A DNA stretch of 64,000 nt, taken from assembly GCA_963666515.2 (NCBI GenBank), contig OY762897.2, forward strand, positions 4,000,001 through 4,064,000, given 5' to 3'. The notes beneath the pieces were generated by a model. The model had not been told where the DNA came from. It saw only the letters and a program-made list of their open reading frames with translations, and did not search any database. A program made the translations under genes and the position numbers. This document shows, one piece after another, positions 7,654-17,707 of this stretch (position 1 is its first letter; each line of letters starts with the position of its first letter). The DNA is from Candidatus Binatia bacterium. Its GTDB lineage: Bacteria > Desulfobacterota > Binatia > UBA9968 > JAJDTQ01.

Positions 7654-9197
7654 TCACCCCTCCGCCACCTCCACCGACGCCAAGTTTCGCGCCTCACTGC
7701 TGAACTCGACGGTGACCAAGTGGATGGGCTGGTTCAAGTGCTGGTACTTGTCGGCGTATCCTCTCTCTTTCAGTTGGGCCATTGCAGCGCCCTTGGGCGC
7801 CAGCTCCATCACCTTGAACTCGAAGAGGTAGACGTTGCCGTTGAAGCGCACGGCCATGTCGAGGCGGCCGTGGCTGCTGCTGTCCTCCACCGTCACGTCG
7901 AGTCCGAGAGCGGCGAACCAGGAATAGAACACGCTGGCGTAGTAGCCTTCGTAGTTGGCGATGTCGTTGTTGGTATGCCACTCGTACGGGATGCTGGCGA
8001 AGAACGAGCGGAACAGCGCTTCCAGTCCGGCGAAGTCGTTGGCCGAGAGCAGTTCGTACAGACGGATGTCGTGCCGCCCCTGCCGGGAGGCGTCCGGCCC
8101 CATGGCGCGCAACAGGTGCTCGTTCAGGCTCTGCTTGACCTCCCTGTTCGGATAGCCCAGGCGGTAGAGGGTCTTGCCGCCCAGGTTCTTCTCTTCCAGG
8201 ATCGTCAGGTAGCCGGTCTGGAACAGCAGCGCCTCGGTCGCCATGTCGTCCACGTCGAACTTCGACAGCAGATCGTCGGTGCCGACCATGTCTTCGAGGG
8301 CCGGCGCGCCCAGCCGCCGCTCGAACAGCGTCTTGATGAGAAACGACGGAGACCCGGTTTCAAACCAGTGGGCCTTGTACTCGCGGCTGTCCAGCAACAG
8401 CAGGATGTCGAACGGGTTGTAGACCTTCTCGTAGCCGCGCCAACTGTAGCCGTTGTACCAGTCGCGGATCTCGTCGCGCTGGAGTCCGGGAAGCTCCGGT
8501 GCGAACACGGTGTCGAGGTCGGCGTCCGTGTAGCCGCATATGGCGGAATAGCGCGGGTCCATGGTGAGGTCGGCGAGGTTGTTGAGACCGGAGAACAGGC
8601 TCACCTTCGAGAACTTGCTGACGCCGGTGACGAACGTGAACCGCACGTGCGCGTCGTGGTCCTTGATGGCCGCGTAGAGGCCGCGCAGGAAGTCGCGGTT
8701 CGCCTCGGCCACTTTCGGCGCGTCCAGGGCGTCAGGATGGGCTTGTCGTATTCGTCCACCAGCACCACCACCGGCTGCCCGGCCTGGACGTGCAACGCTT
8801 CCAGCAGAGCGCCGAGCCGCCCCGCCGCGGTGCCGTATTCGAGGACCACGCCGGCGCGCCGCTCGATTCCGGCAAGCTGTTCCATGAGGCTCGCTTCGAC
8901 CTGCCCCGGTTCCTTGTAGCTGCCGCCGCCGAAGCTGAGGCGCAGGATCGGGAAACGCGTGGACCAGTCCCAGCGGTCATGGATGTAAAGCCCCTTGAAC
9001 AGCGGCTCGTTGGCCTCGAAAAGCTCCTTCAGCGTATCGAGGAACAGGCTCTTGCCGAATCGTCTGGGCCGGGAGAGAAAGTAATGTTTCCCGGCCGTGG
9101 CCAGCCTTTCGACGTACGCGGTCTTGTCCACGTAGTAGCAGTCCCGCTCCCGAAGCTCGCGGAACGTCTGCATGCCGATGGGAAGCCGGCGTTTCAT
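7654..9197 (-). pseudogene. AAA-ATPase-like plus PD-(D/E)XK nuclease protein, frameshifted near 8733
   Basis: LPIGMQTF...YYVDKT...SRPRRFGKS...LVDEYDKP in one frame, TGVSKFSKVSLFSGLNN...YNPF...GRLDM...FEFK in another; one missing base restores ILDALDAPKVAEANR. Confidence 0.85.
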
Positions 9198-9306
9198 GGG
9201 CGGTCATTCACGAAGGCACGAAGTCGGCACGGATGCTTCATCCGTCGTTTCATCCCTCGTGTCATTACTACCCGGTTCGGTAAGGAATTCAATCTTGGAC
9301 GGCCCG

Positions 9307-10335
9307 TCACGGAGCGCCGTCCACCCGCGCAACCCTGACCGTCCGCCCCGTCGCCAGCGACTCCGCCGCGGCGTCGGCGATGGCCAGCGCCGCCAGACCG
9401 TCCTGCCCGTCCGGGTAGGCTGCGTCGCCGCCCCTAACGACGGTGCAGAACGCGGCGATCTCCAGGCGGTAGGCGTCGGCGTACCGGTCCGTGAAGAAGT
9501 CGTTCAGCGGGTCGGTGGCGAAGCCGGAGCGGTCGGCGCGGGTGACGGTGCTGTGCACGGGATTGCCCGCGGACAGCATTCCCTCGGCGCCGTGGACTTC
9601 GATGCGCTGGTCGTAGCCGTAGCTGGTGCGGCGCGAGTTGGAGATGACGCACAGGCGGCCGCCGGCCGACTGCAGGACCGCCACCGCGGTGTCTACGTCG
9701 CCGGCGTTGCCGATGGCCGGGTCGACGAGGGCGGACCCGGTGGCGGTGACCTCGACGATGGGTTCGCCCACCAGGAACCGCGCCATGTCGAAGTCGTGGA
9801 TCATCATGTCCCGGAAGAGGCCGCCGGAGCGTTGGATGTACGCCATCGGCGGCGGCGCCGGGTCGCGCGAGGTGATCTGCACCAGCTCGACCGCGCCGAC
9901 GCGGCCGGCGTCGATCTCGTCGTGCAGGCGCCGGAACGACGGGTCGAACCGGCGATTGAATCCGGTCATCAGCGGGACTCCGCAACGGATCGCGGCGGCC
10001 ACGGCCCGCCGCGCACGTGACAGGTCCAGGTCGAGGGGCTTCTCGCAGAAGATCGCCTTGCCCGCTTCCGCGGCCTTCTCGATCAGATCGGCGTGCAGGT
10101 CGGTGGGCGCGGCGATGAGGACGCCTTCGATGGCGGGATCGCCCAGCACCTCCTCCGCGGATGCCGTGCGGGCGCCGGTCATGCCGGCGACCGATTCGGC
10201 CGCGGCCCCGTCCGGGTCGGCCACGGCCGCCAGCCGTGCGCTCCCCATGTCCGCGACGGATCGCGCGTGGATGCGTCCGATGCGGCCGGCGCCCAGGAGC
10301 CCCAGCGTGACGGGCGCGCCGGTCCCGGCCGTCAC
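9307..10335 (-). CDS. iolG: myo-inositol 2-dehydrogenase
   Basis: GAGRIG, CEKP, GFNRRFDP, ITSRDP, DMMIHDFD, YGYDQR; iol operon context. Confidence 0.93.
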   Translation of the reverse strand: MTAGTGAPVTLGLLGAGRIGRIHARSVADMGSARLAAVADPDGAAAESVAGMTGARTASAEEVLGDPAIEGVLIAAPTDLHADLIEKAAEAGKAIFCEKPLDLDLSRARRAVAAAIRCGVPLMTGFNRRFDPSFRRLHDEIDAGRVGAVELVQITSRDPAPPPMAYIQRSGGLFRDMMIHDFDMARFLVGEPIVEVTATGSALVDPAIGNAGDVDTAVAVLQSAGGRLCVISNSRRTSYGYDQRIEVHGAEGMLSAGNPVHSTVTRADRSGFATDPLNDFFTDRYADAYRLEIAAFCTVVRGGDAAYPDGQDGLAALAIADAAAESLATGRTVRVARVDGAP

Positions 10336-10402
10336 GTCGAGTCCCGCCGACCCATCCCGGCACGCCGGGACGGATCCCTTCCAGAGGCTCCGGTCACGTC
10401 CG

Positions 10403-11212
10403 TCACTTCGAGTCCCGCTGGAAGATCCAGTCGTGGTCGGGATGGTTCCTGAACCGCCACTGGCGCTTCGGGCCCGCCATGACGTTCAGGTAGTACATGT
10501 CGTAGCCGTAGGGCGCGCCGCACGGATGGTGCCCGCGCGGCACCAGCACGGTGTCGCCGTCGGACACCGCCATGGTCTCGTCCAGCTCGCCGTCCTCGGT
10601 GAAGACCCGCTGGAAGCCGAACCCCTGGGGCGGGTTGATGCGGTGGTAGTAGGTCTCCTCCAGGTAGGTCATTTCCTCGCCCTGGTCGCTGTCGTGACGG
10701 TGCGGCGGATAGCTCGACCAGTTGCCCTGGGGCGTGAACACCTCGGTGATCAGCAGGCTGTCGGCGATGTCGGCGTCATCCATGGCGATGGGGTGCACGT
10801 AGCGCGTGTTGGCGCCCTTGCCGCGTTCCAGGACGGGAATGCTCTCCGGGTCGATGGCCGCTGCCCGGTGCCCGCCGAAGCCGGGCGCCGAGCACACCGC
10901 GATGGTGCAGGCGGTGACCGCACGTGCCGACCAGGACGTCCCGTTGGGAACATAGACCGCGTACGGCTTCGTCTGCTCGAACACGCTCATGCGCTCGCCC
11001 TGGACGCCGAAGTCGGCCTCGGGGGTGGACAGGTTCGCCTTGCCTTCGACCATCACCAGGATGACCTCGCGCTCCCCGGTGGCCTCCCCGGCCGTCTCCC
11101 CCGTCTTCAACGCGTAGACCGCGAACCCGACGTACCGCCACCCGGCGTCCTCGGGCGTGATGTCAATGATCTTGCCGGTGGTCCCCGACGGTTTTCGCAA
11201 CAGACTGGTCAT
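10403..11212 (-). CDS. iolB: 5-deoxy-glucuronate isomerase
   Basis: ITPEDAGWRYVGF, GNWSSYPPHRHD, YLEETYYHR, YYLNVMAGP. Confidence 0.95.
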   Translation of the reverse strand: MTSLLRKPSGTTGKIIDITPEDAGWRYVGFAVYALKTGETAGEATGEREVILVMVEGKANLSTPEADFGVQGERMSVFEQTKPYAVYVPNGTSWSARAVTACTIAVCSAPGFGGHRAAAIDPESIPVLERGKGANTRYVHPIAMDDADIADSLLITEVFTPQGNWSSYPPHRHDSDQGEEMTYLEETYYHRINPPQGFGFQRVFTEDGELDETMAVSDGDTVLVPRGHHPCGAPYGYDMYYLNVMAGPKRQWRFRNHPDHDWIFQRDSK

Positions 11213-12110
11213 GGGTGTCCTCCAACCCCGCTTCCCGCGCCATCGCGCGAAGGGTATCGAGTGCCAAAGTCTGATAATACACCGGATCGCGTTGCGCAGG
11301 ATCCTGCTCGGCCTCCGCTATCAGCCAACCGGAGTAGCCGTGCCCGGCCGCAATGCGCAGCACCGCGGGGAAATCCACGCACCCTTCGTCATCGCCCGGA
11401 ACCGTGAACACGCCGAGCCGGACGGCCTGGAGGAACGACAGCCCTTCCGCAAGAGCCTTTTCGCGAACCGCGGGCCGGACATTCTTCGCATGGATATGGA
11501 CGACGCGGTGCATGTACCGTTCCGCCAGGGCCACCGGATCGGCGTTCGCGAAGGCCGCGTGCCCGGTGTCCAGCAGCAGCTTGGTGTTCGGCCCGGCATG
11601 CGCCATGAACGTCTCGATGTCCTCCACGGTCTGGACCACCGTGCCCATGTGGTGATGATAGGCCAGGTGGACGCCCCGGTCGCGGCAGTGCTCGGCGATG
11701 GCCTCGACATCGGCGCAGAAGCCGCTCCAATCGTTGGCCGCGAGCTTCGGCCGCTCCCACAGAGGCGTGTCGGCTTCGCCGTGAACCGCGCTGGTGGTTT
11801 CGCACGCGATGCACACCGAGCACCCCAACGCCGCCAGCACGTCGAGGTGCGGCTGAATCGCCTCCTTTTCCTCCTCCACCGACCGTTCGAGCAGCTTCAA
11901 CGAGTGCCACCCCGACACGTACGCCAAGCCGTAGGGCTTGAGGGCCGCCTCCAGCGCAGTCGCCTCGGAAGGGAACTTGTGGCCCTTCTCGATCCCCTCG
12001 AAGCCGATGCGGCTCGCGTCGCCCAGACACCGCTCCAACGGGATGTCTCCCCCCAGGCTCCGGTCGTCGTCGTTGGACCAGGCGATGGGGTTGGTGCCGT
12101 ACCGGATCAC
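11163..12110 (-). CDS. iolE: myo-inosose-2 dehydratase
   Basis: GTG at 12110: IRYGTNPIAWSNDD, YHHHMGT, LLLDTGH, FTVPGD, EAEQDP. Confidence 0.93.
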   Translation of the reverse strand: MIRYGTNPIAWSNDDDRSLGGDIPLERCLGDASRIGFEGIEKGHKFPSEATALEAALKPYGLAYVSGWHSLKLLERSVEEEKEAIQPHLDVLAALGCSVCIACETTSAVHGEADTPLWERPKLAANDWSGFCADVEAIAEHCRDRGVHLAYHHHMGTVVQTVEDIETFMAHAGPNTKLLLDTGHAAFANADPVALAERYMHRVVHIHAKNVRPAVREKALAEGLSFLQAVRLGVFTVPGDDEGCVDFPAVLRIAAGHGYSGWLIAEAEQDPAQRDPVYYQTLALDTLRAMAREAGLEDTHDQSVAKTVGDHRQDH

Positions 12111-14098
12111 GTGCGTTTCCTGAGCGCCGCCTCGTAGGACTCGCGCGCCGCCGCTACCTCCGCCCGGTCCGACACCTCCGGCACTGCCACGTCCCACCAG
12201 TGGCCGCCCGCCTGGGTGCTGATCGCCGGATCGGTGTCGATGACGACGACTGAAGTCCGGTCGGCGGTGCGGGCCTCGACCAGCGCGGCTTCCAGCCCCG
12301 CGATGCCGTCCACGCGCGTCGCGATGGCTCCCATGGAGGCGGCATGGCCGGCGAAATTGATAGCCGAGGGCGTCTGGTGCCGGGCGGTATCCAGCAGGTT
12401 GTTGAAGCCGGCCCCGCCGGTGGTCCGTTGCAGCCGGTCGATGCAGCCGAAGCCCCGGTTGTCCAGCACCACGACGGTCAGCTTCAATCCCAGCATGACG
12501 CTCGTCGCCAACTCCGAGTTCATCATCATGTAGGAGCCGTCGCCCACCACCACGACTACGTCGGCTTCGGGCCGCGCCATCTTCACCCCCAGCCCCCCGG
12601 CGATCTCGTAGCCCATGCACGAGTACCCGTATTCCAGGTGGTAGTCGCCGCGGCGGGGCGAGCGCCACAGCTTGTGCAGTTCGCCGGGCAGACCTCCGGC
12701 CGCGCATACCACGATGCCGTTGTCGCTCATGTTCCGCTGCACCGCCCCGATCACCTGGGCGTCCGACGGCGCGGCTTCACTGCCGGTTGCATGGGTGGCC
12801 GCGTCCACGGCGCGGTCCCAGTCCGTCTTCAACGCCTCGTGCGACTCGCCGGAATGACCGCCCGGACGATTGACGACACGATCACGCGAGAGGTGGCCGC
12901 CGGCATCGCGCGGCTCGTCAACGGTGCCACTGCCGGGACGGCTGCCGACGTGCTCGCCCTGCCCGTAGGCCGGATCGGCCGAAGGCGTAGCCCGACTTGG
13001 CGTCCCGGCTGTCCTCGGCGAAGCGATTCGGTCGTCCAGCACGGCGTCCAGCTCTTCCAGGGTCGTCCGGGCGTCGCCCACCACGGCGATTGCGCCGTGC
13101 TTGGTTGCGTCGAAGGCCGCCGCATTGATGGCCAGCAGCCGCACCTCCGGGTTCTGGAACAGGCTCCAGGATCCGGTGGTGAAGTCCTGCAAGCGGGTGC
13201 CGACGGCGACGATCAGGTCCGCGGTTCGGGCCAGGGTGTTGGCGCTTTCGGCGCCGGTGACGCCGATGGCGCCCACGTTGCACGGGTGCGCCCACGGCAG
13301 CGCCGATTTGCCCGCCTGGGTCTCGGCCACGGGAATGCTGTGCCGCTCGGCGAACGCGGTCAGCGTCTCGCAGGCATCCGAATAGTGCACGCCGCCGCCG
13401 GCGATGATGAGCGGGGCCTTGGCCGCGCGCAGGGCCTCGGCGGCGCGGGCCAGCTCTCCCGCGTCGGGCCGTTGCCGGCGCATGGCCCATACCCGCGCCT
13501 CAAAGAATGACTCGGGGTAGTCGCAGGCTTCGGCCTGGACGTCCTGGCACAGGGCCAGGGTGACCGGGCCGCACCCGGCCGGGTCAGTGAGCGTGGCCAT
13601 GGCCCGCGGCAACGCCGTCAGGAGCTGCTCGGGACGGGTGATGCGGTCGAAGTAGCGGCTCACCGGGCGGAAGCAGTCGTTGGCGCTGACGGTGCCGTCC
13701 GAGAAGTCCTCCACCTGTTGCAGCACGGGGTCGGGAAGGCGGTTGGCGAACACGTCACCGGGCAGGAACAGCACCGGCAGGCGGTTCACGTGGGCCACCG
13801 CCGCGGCCGTCACCGTGTTGGTGGCGCCGGGTCCGATGGAGGAGGTCACCGCCATGGCCCGCTTGCGGTTGCTGGCCTTGGCGAAGGCGATGGCCGCGTG
13901 GGCCATGCCCTGCTCGTTGTGCCCCCGCCACGTGGGCAGCGCGTCGCCGGCCTGGTACAGGGCCTCGCCCAGCCCGGCGACGTTGCCGTGTCCGAAGATC
14001 GCCCACACCCCGGCGACGAAACGCTCGCCGTCCTCGTTCACCTGCGCGCCGAGATAGCGCACCAGCGCCTGCGCCGCGGTCAGTCGGATCGTGTTCAT
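12107..14098 (-). CDS. iolD: THcHDO hydrolase (TPP-dependent) with internal insertion
   Basis: IFGHGNVAGLGEAL, HNEQGMAH, LEYGYSCMGYE, GDGSY, WWDVAVPEVS. Confidence 0.95.
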   Translation of the reverse strand: MNTIRLTAAQALVRYLGAQVNEDGERFVAGVWAIFGHGNVAGLGEALYQAGDALPTWRGHNEQGMAHAAIAFAKASNRKRAMAVTSSIGPGATNTVTAAAVAHVNRLPVLFLPGDVFANRLPDPVLQQVEDFSDGTVSANDCFRPVSRYFDRITRPEQLLTALPRAMATLTDPAGCGPVTLALCQDVQAEACDYPESFFEARVWAMRRQRPDAGELARAAEALRAAKAPLIIAGGGVHYSDACETLTAFAERHSIPVAETQAGKSALPWAHPCNVGAIGVTGAESANTLARTADLIVAVGTRLQDFTTGSWSLFQNPEVRLLAINAAAFDATKHGAIAVVGDARTTLEELDAVLDDRIASPRTAGTPSRATPSADPAYGQGEHVGSRPGSGTVDEPRDAGGHLSRDRVVNRPGGHSGESHEALKTDWDRAVDAATHATGSEAAPSDAQVIGAVQRNMSDNGIVVCAAGGLPGELHKLWRSPRRGDYHLEYGYSCMGYEIAGGLGVKMARPEADVVVVVGDGSYMMMNSELATSVMLGLKLTVVVLDNRGFGCIDRLQRTTGGAGFNNLLDTARHQTPSAINFAGHAASMGAIATRVDGIAGLEAALVEARTADRTSVVVIDTDPAISTQAGGHWWDVAVPEVSDRAEVAAARESYEAALRKRT

Positions 14099-14104
14099 GG
14101 ATCG

Positions 14105-16021
14105 TCAGTCCCTGTTCATCTCGGCGGCCCGTGCCTCGTCCCAGGCTTGGCAAAGCCTTGCGTAGTTCTCGGCCATGCGCGCCACTGCTTCATCGTCTCC
14201 CATGCGACCGGCCATCCAGGCCCGCGCGACATCACCGAAGATCGTACGTCCGACGGCGAACCCTTTCACCATCCCATGTCCGGCCGCCACCTGGAAGCTC
14301 GTCCGCAACTCCTCGAAGGGCGCGTCCAGCCCCAGGACCACGATGCCCCGGCAATGGGGATCGTTGTTCTCGATGGCGGCGCAGGTCCTTCGCCAGGCGT
14401 CGTCCGAGATCATCGCCTCCAGCTTCCACCAGTCGGGATAGACCCCGATCTCGTAGAACCGCTCGATGATCGTGGCCGTGGTGGTGTCGTCCACCGGCCC
14501 GAACTTCGACGGGATGATCTCCACCAGGAAGTCCAGGGCGTTGGCGCGGGCGGCCTCGGCCAGCCGCTTGACCGTCGCTTCCTGGTCGGCGCGAAGCTCC
14601 TCCGGATCGTCCGGCCGGTAGAAGCAGAGCACCTTCACCACGTGCTCGGCGGGCCACTCCGCCAGCGCCGAGCCGATGTCGTCACCGATCTCCAGCCGCA
14701 ACGGCCGCGACCCGGGCTGCTCCACCGGCCGCCCGATCCACAGTCCCGTGCCCGCGGCCGCGTAGAGCGCGTCGCGGCCCAGGCGGCCGTCGCACAGGAT
14801 GCCGTACCCGTCGCGGCCGTCCGCCACCCGGAGCGCGGCCTCCAGGCACAGGCGCTTGAACGCGCCGATGTGCTCCATCGTCACACCACAGTTCCGAGCG
14901 ATCTCCTCGAACTGTGCGCGGTGGTCGAAGGCGAACACGCGCAGGCTCGGCCACGCTCTGGAGCGGTTGGTGGCCCAGTGGATCTGCTCCAGACGCGCAT
15001 CGTGGCGCACCGCAGGGGTCGCCGGTCCGTTGGCCAGGAAGTCACGCAGTTCGACCTCGCTGGGGTAGGCCGGGGTGCAGCCGTGGCGCGACACGGCCAG
15101 CGCGCCGCAGGCGTTGGCGATGCGCAGGGTCTCGGCCCAGCCCGCTCCCGTGAGCCAGCCCTTGAGCAGTCCGGCCATGAAGCCGTCGCCGGCTCCCAGG
15201 ACGTTGAACACTTCCACCCGGAACGACTCTCCGTTGACTCCTTCATCGAGGCTCGCGGGGACCGGTCCCTCGAACGCGGCGGCGCCCGCGGCGCCTCGCT
15301 TGCATACCAGCACCGCCTCCGACACCTCCCGCACGTTGGCCAGCGCCTCGACGGTGCCCGATGCGCCGCCGGCGATGTGGAACTCCTCTTCCGTGCCCAC
15401 GATCACGTCGAAGCGCGCCAGGGTGCTTTGCAGCTTGGCGGTCACGGCCGCGGACTCGATGAAGCGGTTCTCGCCGTCGCCGTGGCCGGAGAGGCCCCAC
15501 AGGTTGGGCCGGTAGTCGAGGTCGAGGATCGTTTTGGCGCCCGACTCGCGGGCCAAGTCCAGCGCCCGCAGGGTGGCGGCCTCGGTGCGCGGATGCGAGA
15601 GATGGGTGCCGGAGGCGAGCACGCAGCGCGCCTCGGCGATGAAGTCCGGGTCGATGTCGTCGGGCGACAGCGCCATGTCGGCGCAGTTCTCGCGGTAGAA
15701 GATCAGCGGGAACCGCTCCTGGTCGCGGATGCCCAGCAGCACCAGCGCGGTGAGGCGGTGGGGGTCGGTGATGACGCCGCGGACGTCCACCCCTTCGGCC
15801 CGCAACTGCTCGCGGATGAAGCGGCCCATGTGCTCGTCGCCGACGCGGGTGATGACCGCGGACCTGAGCCCCAGCCGGGCGGCGCCCGCGGCGGCGTTGG
15901 TAGGCGAGCCGCCGATGTACTTGCGGAACGACCGCATGTCCTCCAGCCGGCCGCCCACTTGGCCGCCGTACAGGTCCACCGACGACCGGCCGATGGAGAT
16001 GACGTCCAGAGCGCGTTTCAT
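14105..16021 (-). CDS. iolC: 5-dehydro-2-deoxygluconokinase fused to DUF2090 aldolase-like domain
   Basis: IGRSSVDLYG, GGSPTN, NVLGAGDGF, FAFDHR, PDWWKLE, GFAVGRTIF. Confidence 0.93.
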   Translation of the reverse strand: MKRALDVISIGRSSVDLYGGQVGGRLEDMRSFRKYIGGSPTNAAAGAARLGLRSAVITRVGDEHMGRFIREQLRAEGVDVRGVITDPHRLTALVLLGIRDQERFPLIFYRENCADMALSPDDIDPDFIAEARCVLASGTHLSHPRTEAATLRALDLARESGAKTILDLDYRPNLWGLSGHGDGENRFIESAAVTAKLQSTLARFDVIVGTEEEFHIAGGASGTVEALANVREVSEAVLVCKRGAAGAAAFEGPVPASLDEGVNGESFRVEVFNVLGAGDGFMAGLLKGWLTGAGWAETLRIANACGALAVSRHGCTPAYPSEVELRDFLANGPATPAVRHDARLEQIHWATNRSRAWPSLRVFAFDHRAQFEEIARNCGVTMEHIGAFKRLCLEAALRVADGRDGYGILCDGRLGRDALYAAAGTGLWIGRPVEQPGSRPLRLEIGDDIGSALAEWPAEHVVKVLCFYRPDDPEELRADQEATVKRLAEAARANALDFLVEIIPSKFGPVDDTTTATIIERFYEIGVYPDWWKLEAMISDDAWRRTCAAIENNDPHCRGIVVLGLDAPFEELRTSFQVAAGHGMVKGFAVGRTIFGDVARAWMAGRMGDDEAVARMAENYARLCQAWDEARAAEMNRD

Positions 16022-16088
16022 GCGATTCCGCCCGACTATAAATTCAATCGTTGAAATTGAAAACACAAAATTCTAGTGTCCTGACACC

Positions 16089-16829
16089 ATGATCAGATCT
16101 GCATTGCGTGCTTGTGGGATCATCGCGTGCGCGCTGCTGCCGGCGGGCGCCGCCGTCGCCCAGTCGATGGAGCAGGTGCGGGCGTTGTACGCCGAGGGCC
16201 GTTTCGTCGAGGCGGCCGAGTTGGGCGCGGCCGTCAAGATTTCCGAGAGCTACGCGTTGGCGGCGCAGTCGCTGGCGATGCAGGGCCACTTCTTCGCGGA
16301 GGGCGAGGAGAAGAAGGCGCTGTTCCAGCGCGCCGTGGAGTTGGCGGAGGAGGCCGTGCGGCTCGATCCGGCCAACCCGGAAGCCCACCTCCAACTGGCC
16401 CATACCAGGGGCCGGTACGCCCAGGCCATCGGCTTCCTGCAGGCGGTGGCAGGGGGGTATGCCACGAAGGTACGCGAGTCCATCGAAGAGGCGTTACGGC
16501 TGGACCCCGACAAGCCGGGGGCTCACCTGAGCATGGCGACGTGGCATGCGGAGATCGTCAACGCCGCCGGCGCCATGGCGGGATTCCTTTACGGAGGCTC
16601 GGCGAAGAAGGCCCGCGGGCACTACGAACGAACCGTCGAGTTGAAGCCCGACGCCAAGGTGGCCTTCGTCGAATACGCCTTCGGCCTGTTGCTGCTGGAC
16701 GAGGAGCGCAACCGGGAGGAGGCGCGCCGCCTGTTCCGGCGAGCCCTCGAGAAACCCTCCACGGATGCCGTCGACCGTCTCTACCACGAGCAGGCCGCGG
16801 CGCGGCTGGCCGCGTTGGAAGGCGGCTAG
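16089..16829 (+). CDS. Exported TPR-like protein
   Basis: Signal peptide (AVA-Q) followed by TPR-like helical repeats (AVRLDPANPEAH, ALRLDPDKPGAH). Confidence 0.7.
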   Translation: MIRSALRACGIIACALLPAGAAVAQSMEQVRALYAEGRFVEAAELGAAVKISESYALAAQSLAMQGHFFAEGEEKKALFQRAVELAEEAVRLDPANPEAHLQLAHTRGRYAQAIGFLQAVAGGYATKVRESIEEALRLDPDKPGAHLSMATWHAEIVNAAGAMAGFLYGGSAKKARGHYERTVELKPDAKVAFVEYAFGLLLLDEERNREEARRLFRRALEKPSTDAVDRLYHEQAAARLAALEGG

Positions 16830-16911
16830 CCGGCTGTATCGGCGCGCCCCGCTGTGGTCATGACCGGGCATTGTTTCCGCGACATCTTTCCTCTCCTTTC
16901 TCCTGAATCCG

Positions 16912-17292
16912 TTACCAGATCGTCCGGGAATAGAAAGCGCGGATTGTGGCATCGGACGTGACCAGCGGGCAGGCGTGCAGACTGGCGGTGGCAACGATGG
17001 TGCGGTCGGCGGGGTCGCGGTGGTCCCAGTCGAGATCGAGGCTCTTGATCCAGGTGCGGACATCCACGGGAAGAATGTCGACGCGGTCGATTCGCTCGAG
17101 CCCATCCGCGAACTCCTGGATGGGCACCGGGATGGAGAGCCTTTGTCTCTTGACCTTCAGGCCGACCTCCCAGATCGAGATGGAACTGAGGATAATGCGG
17201 TCGGCGTCGTCGATGGCCCGGGAGGCGGCCCGGGAGAGACGCTCTCTGTCCAGGGTCCAGAAGATCAGGGCGGAAGTGTCGAGTACGATCAT
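16912..17292 (-). CDS. vapC: PIN-domain VapC toxin
   Basis: MIVLDTSALIFW, SSISIWEV, HRDPADRTIVATA, LVTSD. Confidence 0.92.
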   Translation of the reverse strand: MIVLDTSALIFWTLDRERLSRAASRAIDDADRIILSSISIWEVGLKVKRQRLSIPVPIQEFADGLERIDRVDILPVDVRTWIKSLDLDWDHRDPADRTIVATASLHACPLVTSDATIRAFYSRTIW

Positions 17293-17523
17293 TTACGACT
17301 CAGGCCATTCGTCCGTGGTGGGCGTGTTGATGTCCTCGTGGTAAATGACGTTGCCCTGAACGGCGCCGAACACTTCCTCCACGGACCCCTTCCGAGCGAT
17401 GGGCTGAATGCGCAGGACGGGGCGGTTGTGGTCGGTGACGATCAGTTCCTCGCCGCTTTCTTCGATCTCGCGAAAGACGCGAAGCATGTTGGCCTTGAGC
17501 TTGCTCTTCGAGATGGAAGTCAT
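17293..17523 (-). CDS. Phd/YefM family antitoxin
   Basis: ISKSKLKANMLRVFREIEESGEELIVTDHNRPVLRIQP; abuts vapC. Confidence 0.88.
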   Translation of the reverse strand: MTSISKSKLKANMLRVFREIEESGEELIVTDHNRPVLRIQPIARKGSVEEVFGAVQGNVIYHEDINTPTTDEWPES

Positions 17524-17553
17524 GGTTAAGTCCCGATGGTTACGTTTCCAATT

Positions 17554-17579
17554 ATGACCGGGGTCACGATCCTGGTCAT
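17554..17579. promoter_or_regulatory. Palindromic TA operator candidate
   Basis: ATGACCGGGGTC-AC-GATCCTGGTCAT, 10/12 inverted match, 30 bp upstream of the antitoxin. Confidence 0.55.
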
Positions 17580-17707
17580 TTATCACAGTTTGGGCTGCCT
17601 TTGTCAATCCTGAATGAGTGGGCTTACGGTTTGCCTGGCGCATGTCCGCTTCGCGAAGGTGTGCTATCATGCCGGGATCATCCTCGTCCGTGACGCGGGG
17701 TAGTTGA

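Noticed and set aside
495-9197. CRISPR-associated transposon or prophage
   Set aside because: No Tns/TniQ, integrase or phage genes seen, and Cas3 motifs are intact
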